A stretch of DNA of 63,118 bases, counting the filler, from Collodictyon triciliatum (taxonomy: Eukaryota): NCBI GenBank assembly GCA_043381765.1. It is 13 parts of 13 records of this genome, joined end to end, with 100 filler letters (N's around TTAATTAATTAA, not from the genome) between each part and the next. Parts side by side here need not be neighbours in the genome. Positions count along the whole stretch, not along the records: positions 9,737 to 14,502 come from JBHJMP010005776.1; positions 14,603 to 19,367 come from JBHJMP010005778.1; positions 19,468 to 24,231 come from JBHJMP010005779.1; 10 more parts are not named here. One strand, written 5' to 3'. Under the pieces are notes generated by a model, which saw only the letters and a program-made list of their open reading frames with translations, was not told the origin of the DNA and did not search any database. This document shows, piece by piece, positions 13,797 through 24,331 of the stretch; positions within the stretch are counted from its first letter, which is position 1, and each line of letters opens with the position of its first letter. Position numbers and translations under genes: made by a program.

Positions 13797-15105
13797 CTGC
13801 GCAGATTGGGTTGTCGGGTGGCTGCGTTTTGGGTGGGAGTGTGTTAGGTGCCAGAGTCAGCGACACATTGGACTTGCCGTGTGCCTTCACTCGAGATGTC
13901 GGAACAAACTGTTTTTTTTTATTCCCTTCTTTTTCGTTCCAAAGTCGTTCTTTCACTTCAGGTGTCAAGACTTGTTAGATGTCCGTGTGCCACATTTGGC
14001 TTGAGTAATTGTTCCATTGTTCGCATTGTAGAGGCCTTTTCCAAGGGGATGACGGGCCTTATATACACAACGAGGCCAAGCATTTTCCCACATATAAGAG
14101 GAGGGAATTTATAAAGATGTGGTCGGCTTCTAGAAGGGTCAATAGCAAACCTCGCTACATGTGAGTCGAGCCCCGCTAGACTGATAGATTTTCAGTGAAA
14201 TTTCCTTCATCTGGTATTTTGCAGAAGCCTAGCAAAATTTAGCTGATAGGCTATCGCGTGCTAATTTCCAGCACGAAACATTCTGTACAAATATTCTATT
14301 CTGGAAAATAAAAGCGACATATCTGGAACCAGGAAGCTTCTAGAGTCATCCATCTCAATCACAGAAAGCTTCCAGACCACTTTTAACTCATAGAGGAAGG
14401 AGTCCGGTAGAAATACCAAATCAGGATTCGTGTGGTTTTTTCCCTTGCGAATATAAATTGGCCACCAGGAATCAAGAACGACTTCGGAACTGCGTAGTGA
14501 CANNNNNNNNNNNNNNNNNNNNNNNNNNNNNNNNNNNNNNNNNNNNTTAATTAATTAANNNNNNNNNNNNNNNNNNNNNNNNNNNNNNNNNNNNNNNNNN
14601 NNATGAATCCAAGAAACAATGAATTATATAATAATGTTAAAGATACTTCATAATATCATTCTATTCATGTAATTAATTCATATTTTATTGTTCATTTATG
14701 TAATATTATCACTATAATTCAAAAAATGACAAACAAGCCCTTGCCTTGGCGCAGATAGAACCCACCCTATAAATCTACCACCAAACATGCATTCCAGAAA
14801 AACATACTATCCACACTTTCGGCAATAATCATGTTGTTTGAGGCCCATATGTTGACTTTCAGTCGCAATGGTTATACGGCCGTCCTTTCGAACTCACCGA
14901 GTTGGCTCTCAGCGTTTTGTCTCAAATCACTTTTATAAAAAAAAAAAACTTTGTGTGTTTGTTTGCCACAATGCGCACATTTTGAAAGTCTCTGTAGATG
15001 CTTAATTTTATGCAGTTTTTTTTAAATTGGTTGATTGACTGAAGTTTTTTTAAAATTGAAAACACGGTAGTTTTCTAAAGGAAAAAGTAAAACAAAGACT
15101 TTCAG

Positions 15106-17063
15106 ATGAAGAAAACAAAATCTCTTCAGTTTGAGGATGTAAAGCTTGCAAAACCACACTATCGAAACGTGAAAACATCTCTAAAGTCGATTGTAAAGAA
15201 TGCGAATGGCTATGACAAAATCAACGATGCGGTTCTATTGTGTCATAATTTGGTTACCGACCCCTATCTGTTTGCAAGATGTCACATATTGAAACCATAA
15301 CAACTCCCAACAATCGATGAAAAGTTTTTTGTAAGCTTTAAAACAGTCGGAATAGTTTCACAAGATAGACCCGCAAGATTTTTTAAAAAAAACGTCCAGA
15401 AATGAGCAATGACATGATGATCTTTTTATCTCAATTATTTTCGATTCCTTTTGACCCGAGAAGAATGCTTTCCGTTGGTTGGACTGTCTCACGTGTTACA
15501 GTACTTGGCGAAGCAAATGTTAACATCTTATCATAATAACATTAAGGAGCATTTTGTAAAGAGGTTACTGCGCTTTGTAAATCAAACAGTACCTAAAGAT
15601 GAGAGAATATGATGGAAGCTGTTAAAAAGGCAGAGTTACAAAAGTCTTTTTTTTTTTTTATTCTTCTTTTCAACTTTTTGTGCAGGACCGAGGAAAGCAG
15701 AGTTACGAAAGTTTTAAAAAAAAAAAGTCATCTTCAAGAAATTCGAAATACCGGAACAATATAAAGGATGGGCTGCAATGCATTTGCATCGTATCATTCC
15801 CAGCGATATTGTAAATGGTATCGAATATGACGTCAAAGTCAATCCAGATGAGAACATTCCATGTCTGATATACATGAATCATATTTTTGAGGACATTGTA
15901 TCCAAACTGTATCAACCAATCCCCATAAGAACTAACAATATACCATGTCATATTACTCTAGATACTGCATGTTTGATTTATCTATTAGTATCATCAGAAA
16001 AAACCTTATTAATGAAGAATGTATCAGGATGCAAAGAGACCCTATGGGATGAGTTCTTTGAAATGAAGAAGAGGGTCTTTCATCAAAGAGGCTACAATTT
16101 TAAATACACGATACAAACAGGCGGCTTGGCGGTATCATTATTGTTTGAAAAGAAAGCTATTTCAAATTCAAAATTCCAATTTAATCAAAAAAAAACCCAA
16201 GAATGTGTTTATATAGATGAACTTTCCGAAGAGCAGTTATCTTCATTAGCGACAAAAAATAGTTGGAGTGGACGCAGGCAAGTTTAATTTGGTTTACATG
16301 GTAGATGAGATAGGTAAGAAATTACGTTACACGACTCACCAAGGAAGACATGATAGCAAATCTCTTAAAAATCACAAAATGCTCTTGCGCGAGAAAAAAA
16401 AAGTACAATGATTTCAGGGATATAATATATATGGCAACAGATTTACAAAGTGTTTTTTATTTTGGTCTCATAACTCTTGAAGAGAATCAGCGGTTTGAGA
16501 CATCAAGAACATCTTTAATCGATTTAGACAGAACCGAGTAAACATAATTCATGCACGGCCGATTATGAAAAGTTTCGAAAATATGTATCTATGAAATCAA
16601 GATACCAGACAGAACTATCCAGATTTTATGAACAAGTAACTTTTCGAAAGATGAGATGGAGACAGTATGTCAATACAAAAAGAAGTGGAGAGTTGTTTAT
16701 GGACCGAATCGAAAAGAAATTTGGCAAGGATGTTGTACTGGCGTATGAAGACTGGAGCAGAAAATCTCCGATGAACCATTTTATGCCAAGAATCGGAAGA
16801 GCATTACGAAAAATACTATCCAAACGTTTTGAAACAGTTATTGTAAATGGATTTAGAACCTCCAAGATGTGCTGCAACTGCAAAAAAGAACTGGAATATA
16901 TGAAACTGGAAGGAAACACAAAAAAGTGTATAGATGTCTCATATGTAAAGTATGCAATCGCCCAGAAAGCAAACAAAGTGTATTCTTGACCAAGACTTTA
17001 ACAGCGCTAATAATATACTCAAGTTTTTTTAACCCTTCAAAATATGCCTACACCTTTCTCTAA
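15106..17063 (+). pseudogene. Fanzor1-like (TnpB/IS200-IS605 superfamily) RuvC nuclease gene, disrupted by frameshifts and stops
   Basis: Motifs in the expected order across frames: YRNVKTSLKSIVK; YLAKQMLTSYHNNIKEHFVKRLLRFVN; HITLDT; FKYTIQTGGLAVSLLF; RuvC-I IVGVDAGKFNLVYM (Asp codon 16271-16273); FRKMRWRQYVNTKRS; VVLAYEDWS; IVNGFRTSKMCCNC; CLICKVC; DFNSANNIL (Asp codon 16994-16996). Confidence 0.88.
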
Positions 17064-17069
17064 AACAAT

Positions 17070-17282
17070 AGGCTGTCGGGTCTTTCCTGGCAGCCTTCAC
17101 CACTACACGACCTTTGTGAAAAAAAGTGGTGAGACCTTGGATACTAGCGCACCAGGTTAACCAATCGAAAGAATGGTATACCCTTTCTAGTTTATAAAAA
17201 TAAAAAAAATTGATAAACTAATCATCTTATAAATCGCCCACTGCTAGTTTTTTTTTTTAATTTGGTGCGTATTCGCACTCAA
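17070..17282 (+). ncRNA. Candidate Fanzor omegaRNA scaffold / element right end
   Basis: Consecutive hairpins directly after the ORF remnant: 17070-17096 (with G-U pairs), 17097-17132, 17134-17157, 17160-17177 (GAAA loop), 17188-17220 and 17265-17278, plus long-range complementarity. Confidence 0.6.
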
Positions 17283-18609
17283 CAGCAAAACCACAAGTGC
17301 TCTTGGATCCCAGCACCCGGTTGATGACCCACGGATTCTTTTTCTTTTAGTCCCTTTTCGTTCCTTTTTCTTTTGTTCCTGTTAAGCCTGGGTGCGTAAG
17401 TGCATGGCATCTTTCATAAAAACTTGGCACTTTCTCCTGGTGCGAGGATCTATTCTTATTCTTATTTCCTTTTTTTTTTTCTTCCTTTTATCCTTTATTC
17501 GATTCAAAGTGTATTATTTCTTTTTAAAATATCTTTTCTTTTTCTCTTTTCTTTTAGCATATATGAAGAGTACATAGCCTCTTGCCATAAATCCCATAAA
17601 CTCCAACATAAGAAAGGCATGTGATTCTAAAAGACACAAAGTCGATATACTTTAGCGAAGCAATAGCATGGTTTTATGGGCGCTAATTCGCCTCCCTTTC
17701 CGTGTACTTGGATTCGGGTCACGTTTGGCTCATCAGAGCGTTCGTTTGCTCACACTCTTCTACGTTCTCGGTAAGGCTTTGGTTCCCAAACACGATGATG
17801 AGTTCTAGCGATTCACCTTGATTCCACATGGTAAATTAATATCCAGCTCCACGTTGAAATGATGCATTTAGTCTTGTATTATTATAATATCCCAATATTT
17901 TAGATTATCTGCGCCTAAGGGTCTCCTTTCTACGTGTTCGATATGAGAATGACTTTCGAATCCCTTATGTTCCTGTGCATCGCTCTCTTCTGGAGTACAT
18001 CAACCATATCGTAGAGACGGCTCCGCGTTAAAAGTGAGAGTGGGACGCCTAAAGTCTTTGTAGTTTCTCACTAGGCTCTTTGATCCCGCCACCTATTGTC
18101 GCACACATTGGGTTCATATATAACCGTGCTCCAACACTTTTTCATTCCTGACTTTTGCCCTACAGCAAAATGTAGGAGTATAAAGTAAAATCCAGTTAGA
18201 GTCGGCGTGGGCGTAGTACCGGTAGTGGTTGCCTTCATAGTCCTGATGAATCTAATGTGTGTCTGCAGGATATGAAGTGGGAGTCCGTGTTGAGAATACC
18301 GTCAAGCATCATGAAAATGATTTGGCTGCGGTTTGTGAGGCGCACTTCAATCCCCTCTTCAGTGCGGCGCTTGTGGATATCTTCTCTGGTATATCTCAAT
18401 CTGTGAGATGTGAAATCACGCGCTGATGCAGCAAGATTCACAAAAATTACAGTAGCCAGACTTTTTAGACAAAGAAAAAAAAAAACAGGAGAGGGTGTTG
18501 AGTTGATTGCCACGTCCCACACAAACCCTTCTTAGCATCGAGGATATTGTGGGTTTAGGTGGATGAGGCTTGCGGGTCGGGTATCAACAAAAGAGACGGC
18601 CTGGTTTAT

Positions 18610-18780
18610 TTGTGGAATATACCTGTAAAATATATTATTTTGATAATTAGACCTATTTATGAAGCAATATTATTGTGGAAATTGAAACTATATATTATGG
18701 AGTTTCAATTTCCACAATTATTTTAAAAAATAATAGCATACAGATATATGAAATAGCATGCCAAATTTTATCTTCCACAA
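18610..18780. repeat. Perfect 18-bp inverted repeat with symmetric outer 8-bp inverted motif
   Basis: ATTGTGGAAATTGAAACT (18672-18689) and its reverse complement (18701-18718); TTGTGGAA (18610-18617) and TTCCACAA (18773-18780) share the same centre, 18695. Confidence 0.85.
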
Positions 18781-19467
18781 TTGACTAACAAAATCTATAG
18801 CAGTTCGTTGATTAGGTTGTGCAATTCCCTCATCTCAACACGAACGACAGCCATCTCGCATCTCTAGACCGATTCTCTCGTGAACCACAAGTTCCGTTAA
18901 ATTACTTACAAATGGGTTAATTCTTATGAATGTACTATAAAAAATTACATATTAGGTTAAATATCAACAAAATCTTTGTTCGTTTTATTGGTTCATTGCA
19001 ATAACCTAATGCCACATATTCGGATCTGGAGTGGGTCTTTACCCAAGAACCGAGATGATCCATTTGGGAATTCACTGCTGTATCCGCGGGGCACTTTTTT
19101 TTTTAAAGAATAAAGCAAAGAAAAGCAGGAAAGAATAAAGGCTGGGCCTTAGAATTTCTCTTCACTCTTTTTCTTCATCTCCCCATAATTTGTGAGCAGT
19201 TTCTTTGTGTTCTGACTCACCCATCTCGCATAACCACTGTATCCATACTCCATATCAATTTTATCTAAAAAAGAAAAATAAAAAAGAAAAATAAAAAAGA
19301 AAAATAAAAAAGAAAAATAAAAAAGAAAAATAAAAAAGAAAAATAAAAAAGAAAAATAAAAAAGAAANNNNNNNNNNNNNNNNNNNNNNNNNNNNNNNNN
19401 NNNNNNNNNNNTTAATTAATTAANNNNNNNNNNNNNNNNNNNNNNNNNNNNNNNNNNNNNNNNNNNN

Positions 19468-19567
<100 letters not shown>

Positions 19568-19898
19568 GCAAACCATTGCTTAATCTGGAGGAAAGAATAA
19601 TAAACAGCCGTTGCTCCTAATTGTGGAAGCGGGTCGACTTGATCTGCGTTTTGCGGAACCGGTTCGAAGCAATCCAGATTGAATGCGGGTTTGGCGATCT
19701 GTTTTGCAATCTCACTTGGCAGCACCGATCTCTTCCATCGACTGTCCTTTCTTTTTTTTTTTTTCCTCGCATCTGGTCAACGAGGCTGTTCTCTACTTCG
19801 AAACACACTCAAAGTCATAAGTCTAGAGACAGCATCTTAAAAAAAAAAGGAGAAAAAAGGAGCCATTAACCACGATTTTTCTTGCTTTATTATCACAG

Positions 19899-22358
19899 AT
19901 GGACTTCCTCTTCAAAAAGTCAGCCCAGGAGTACAAAGAGAGGGGAAACATTTTTTTTCAGCAGCAGCGCTACGCAGATGCAATTGCAGAATATACAAAA
20001 GCCATTGTAGCTTGATTTTCTTTCTCTTTCACCCCACGACACCACGTCTTATACTTCTATTCATACGTTCCCACGCTGCGTTCTTGAAGGCCTGATAAAA
20101 ATCGAATCTCACCAATGAGTTTTGTAGTCTGTGCTTTCAAGATTCTCACGAAAAGACTATTGCAACTTAGAAGTCAGATGGCACGTCTGCTGTTTTTTAT
20201 ACAAACCGAGCACTTTGTCATCTCCGGCTAAAAGCATACCCAAACACAATTTCAGACTGCAAAGCAGCTATCGCGCTCGACCACAAATCGTTCAAAGCAT
20301 ACTATTACTCAGGCCAGGTGGCCTATTTTTATTTATTTATTTTTACTGTTGATTTTTTTGACAAAACGGTATATATCTTTTTGCAATATATTTTATAAAC
20401 TCTGACCTCCGTATATAGCAAAAATAATACAACAACATTGCTGAATTCAAGTTTTATTATTTCCATGTAAAATACTGTGACAAATATCACTTTTTTACTC
20501 GTCAAACAAACTTCTATTGCGTAGGCATATTATGCCACGAGGGATGTGCTATCAGCTCTGGATTTTTTGAAGCAAGGTTTGGGAAACTTCATTTCATACA
20601 CTTCTGTATTTGATTCTACTTTCCTTTTGGTTATTATGTTGGAATATTTTATAATGCCCACTTTGAAATATCAGTGATCAGGTATACTTCATTAGTGTTC
20701 TGAGGAATATTTTGGGGCAAAATACTCAATATATCTTTTTTATTTCAGCTTACTCTCACGTTCAACGCGGGACTGAATTTGGGATGGAGATATGGAAACT
20801 CTACCGAAAAGTAAACAGAGAGGTGCGGGATTGATGTGCCAGAGAAAGTGAATATCTTTGTGTGTAGCTTTCGTGTATCTGAAAAGGATGTTGAAATTAT
20901 CCCAGATCTGGGAAAACAAACAGAAATGGGAGGCAGCGGAGATGGCCCGTATGAAGAACCAAATCACGGAGAGATTGCAGAATACTATGAGTTGGTATGC
21001 TTTATCAAACTTGATTGTATGGGCACCTTAAATGTAATCTTTTATTCTCCAAAAAAAAAAACTTGTTAACTTGTGCAACCAATAGGGAACTGAGTCAAAC
21101 TGGAATAAGACCAACAGATTCACAAGAGATTAAGAAATCATATGTGAGTGTGTGATATTATTTATAATTTTCCAAAAAAGAAAAAAGAAAAGAATAGAGA
21201 CAGTTAAAAACATCATAGAATAAAGAAGTTCTACTTTTATAACACTTTTTTTATTGCTGCAATTTTTTTATATAGGACCAGATTTTACAACAACTGGAGC
21301 TTAAATGCCAGCCTGCAAAACACTCCAGTTTTTTAGTGAGTCATATTTCTATCTCTGTTTATGACATTTAGATTCCATAATTATGCTCGGTTCTATTTAA
21401 CTTAATGAGAAATACTCATGGATATTCACATATGCTGTAACAATCTCTCGCTTCTAAACTATCTAAATATTTTGTAGGATGCACCTGATTGGACTTGTTG
21501 CAAAATAAGCATGGATTATATGCTGGACCCAGTAATAACTCCGAGGTTTGGCATTTTTTGAAATTGATAATATCAGCATATCCTATTCTTAGAATCGCAA
21601 GAACCGCGAAACTTTCTCACTGTTGTGATACATGACGGGCCTCGCTATAAAATATCTTTTAAAAAAAAACAATGTTTGTCTGCAGCGGTATATCGTATCC
21701 TTTAGTCGATGCAATAAAAGGCACACTGTTCATTTTTGTAAAAAAAAAAAAAAAAAAAAAAAAATTATTACGACAATATCCGTTTGAGATTCGATATCAT
21801 TCTCCTTAAGACATTCTTAGATACGAACGAGAGAGCATAATGGAGCACCTCAAGCAGAACGGGAACTTTGACCCAGTCACCAGGGAGGTAAGCATATGAA
21901 ACGACGTACATATTCCAAAAAAAAAATATGGAGAATTACAGCTAAAACATTATTATTAGTTTCTATGTTTATACTTTCCCATGGAAAAGTTAAAAAAATA
22001 AAAATAAAAAAGACATAATTCACTTGGCGAGTGTAATGACGAATCATTGTGATATAGGTATTGACACCAGCCCAGCTAAAGCGTAAGTTTCCGAGTTTCA
22101 AATAAAGCCAAACATCTAGATTTTCTTACTTGCAGACTTGCTTATTTGCTTACATGCACGTATGCTGAATATAATTGAATGAAAAGGGCAAAAAAAAAAA
22201 AAAACATTTTCATTCAGAATTAATTTCAACCAAAACTTGGATACTGATGAAGGAAAACTACAATAACAACAATGATAAATAACACAGCAAACAAAGCACT
22301 GCAAGAAGCCATCATCACTTTTCTAGATGAGAATCCATTCATGTACCAACCTGAGTAA
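19899..22358 (+). CDS. STUB1: CHIP/STUB1 E3 ubiquitin ligase (TPR + U-box), many exons
   Basis: N-terminal TPR (AQEYKERGNIFFQQQRYADAIAEYTKAI; FYTNRALCHL); C-terminal U-box [73 protein letters not shown]. Confidence 0.93.
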
Positions 22359-22873
22359 TCAAATGCAAACCAATACTAAATAAATGAACAAAAGAAAGTA
22401 TCGATGCCAGCCTACATCAGTCTGAAACGCGACTCAGCGCTGCTTTATCGTGAAAGTTTGAAACGGTATTGAAAGAGAAAGAAGGACTATGCGAAGGATT
22501 GCCCAAGCAAGACCCTTGATTTTCAAATATGTTGTCCTCCATCATAATTTTTTTTTGATGCTTTCGTATTTTATCTCTTCACACACCATAATTCAGAGGG
22601 GAGCGTGTTACATCTAAATGATCACAAAATGATATAAGAAAAGCAACATGAGACCCACTCTTTTTTTCTTCCCTGCTGTCTCCCTTTCGTTTTCCTCCAT
22701 CCGTCTGATTATTTTTGTTTTGTTCTGTTTTGTATCTTTCCTTCGAGAACAGGGCGCGAGAACAAACGCGGGCCAAAATGCAATTACATATATACATGTA
22801 CATATACCGAGCGAGCCCGGAAGAGAGGACGAGTGCGCGCCGAAGAGAGGCATGGGAGAGGAGGGAGAGGCGG

Positions 22874-24106
22874 TCACTTCCTGGCACGGGCGGCGGGGCG
22901 GACGGCAATGGCAGGGAGGCGGATGGGGAGGTCGCCGGTGGGGATGGAGGGGTGCGGCGGGGGAAGGAGGAGGCGCGGGTCCACAGGCACGGAGCGGGCC
23001 CTCGGCGAGTCAGCACGCAACGAGGGCAGAGACGGGGCGCGTCTGTTGTGGGGGGCGGTCAAGGCCGGGAGGAAACCATCGTGCCCGGTGCGCGCGGGCA
23101 TCTTCTGCCTGGCCGGGGCGTACGAGCGGTGGATGCGCGGCGGGAAGACGCGGATGGCGTGGATGCGGGGCACAAGCGCGTCCCACGACTCCGGCGACGG
23201 GTGCGCAGGCAGGGCGAGCGGGCGGAGCTGCGCGTCCGAGAGCTCCAGGCGGGAGCGCGGGTAGAAGGACCGGAGATAGAGGCACAGCTGCTGCAGCTCC
23301 TGCACGCGCCGCGGGAAGGGAATCAGCGCGTCCATCTCCGCATCTGCCACCACCACACGCACAACCCCGCGGATCAGCTCCGAGTTGAAGTCGTAGCAAG
23401 GCGGCAGGCGGATCGGGGCCATAGCCGCGCGCAGGGACGACGGCGGCGGGCGGTCGGCGTTTGTGTCGATGAGCAGGCGCTCCTCCTCGCGCGGGAGCGG
23501 CTCCGCGTACGACGCGTCGAAGAGGCGGGATAGGAAGCGCCAGGTGGGATCGAAGAAGTCGAACAGTGTGGCTGTGGCTGTGGCTGTGGCTGTGGCTGTG
23601 GCTGTGGCTGTGGCTGTGGCAAAGCCGCGCATGCGCGCCACGCGGAAGTGGACGGGGTCGAAGGCGGCGCCCCAGGCCGGCAGCAGCGTTGCGATGGCGC
23701 GGTGCCACGCGGCGAGATGCGGGAAGCGCGCCCAGTCCAGATCGAGCAGCTCCAGATCGGCCAGGGCGGCGGCCACGCTCACGTCCGCGAGGGTCGGGTG
23801 CGCGTGTGTGCAGAGGAAGCGCCGCGTGCGCAGGCTGCGGTCCACCAGGCGCAGGCACCGGACCAGCGGGGCGGCACAGCGGGGCGGGGCGGGCGGGCTC
23901 GGTCGCAGCGTCAGTCCCTTGCGCGCCATGTGCCCCAGAAGCAGCCGGCCCAGTGTGACGTAGCGCCACCGCAGCCATCGCTCGATCCCCGCCTGCGCCT
24001 CGGCCGCGTACCATCGCCCCAGACCGGCTGCCTCATGCGTCGCCGCGAGTGTGCGTAGGATGTTGTGTCTGCCGGTGTTGTGTGCGTAGTCTGTTTCATT
24101 CATCAT
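22874..24106 (-). CDS. GC-rich ORF (410 aa): GST C-terminal-like helical domain, (TA)n peptide linker, unknown C-terminal domain; true 5' end uncertain (near contig end)
   Basis: LRLVDRSLRTRRFLC..PTLADVSVAAAL..LDWARFPHLAAWHRAI fits the GST-C pattern; a (GCCACA)n hexamer encodes ATATAT. Confidence 0.55.
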   Translation of the reverse strand: MMNETDYAHNTGRHNILRTLAATHEAAGLGRWYAAEAQAGIERWLRWRYVTLGRLLLGHMARKGLTLRPSPPAPPRCAAPLVRCLRLVDRSLRTRRFLCTHAHPTLADVSVAAALADLELLDLDWARFPHLAAWHRAIATLLPAWGAAFDPVHFRVARMRGFATATATATATATATATATLFDFFDPTWRFLSRLFDASYAEPLPREEERLLIDTNADRPPPSSLRAAMAPIRLPPCYDFNSELIRGVVRVVVADAEMDALIPFPRRVQELQQLCLYLRSFYPRSRLELSDAQLRPLALPAHPSPESWDALVPRIHAIRVFPPRIHRSYAPARQKMPARTGHDGFLPALTAPHNRRAPSLPSLRADSPRARSVPVDPRLLLPPPHPSIPTGDLPIRLPAIAVRPAARARK

Positions 24107-24331
24107 GGTGATTGTATAAAGGGCTTTTCTCTTCTTTTCTTTTCCTTTTTCTTTTTCTTTTTCTTTTTCTTTTTCTTTTTCTTTTTCTTTTTCTTTTTCT
24201 TTTTCTTTTTCTTTTTCTTTTTCTTTCTCTTNNNNNNNNNNNNNNNNNNNNNNNNNNNNNNNNNNNNNNNNNNNNTTAATTAATTAANNNNNNNNNNNNN
24301 NNNNNNNNNNNNNNNNNNNNNNNNNNNNNNN

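Noticed and set aside
14940-15000. Left terminal inverted repeat matching the Fanzor right end (AATGCGCAC vs AATACGCAC)
   Set aside because: Only ~8 of 9 nt similar with no convincing extension or TSD; the left end cannot be defined from one copy
17560-18600. Possible decayed retroelement or transposase next to the Fanzor
   Set aside because: Intermediate GC with broken frames, but I found no diagnostic RT, endonuclease, DDE, Y1 or serine-recombinase motif; needs a TBLASTX/Dfam search
18672-18718. ATTGAAAC / GTTTCAAT resembling CRISPR repeat ends
   Set aside because: A single inverted pair, with no direct-repeat/spacer periodicity and no cas genes, in a eukaryotic context
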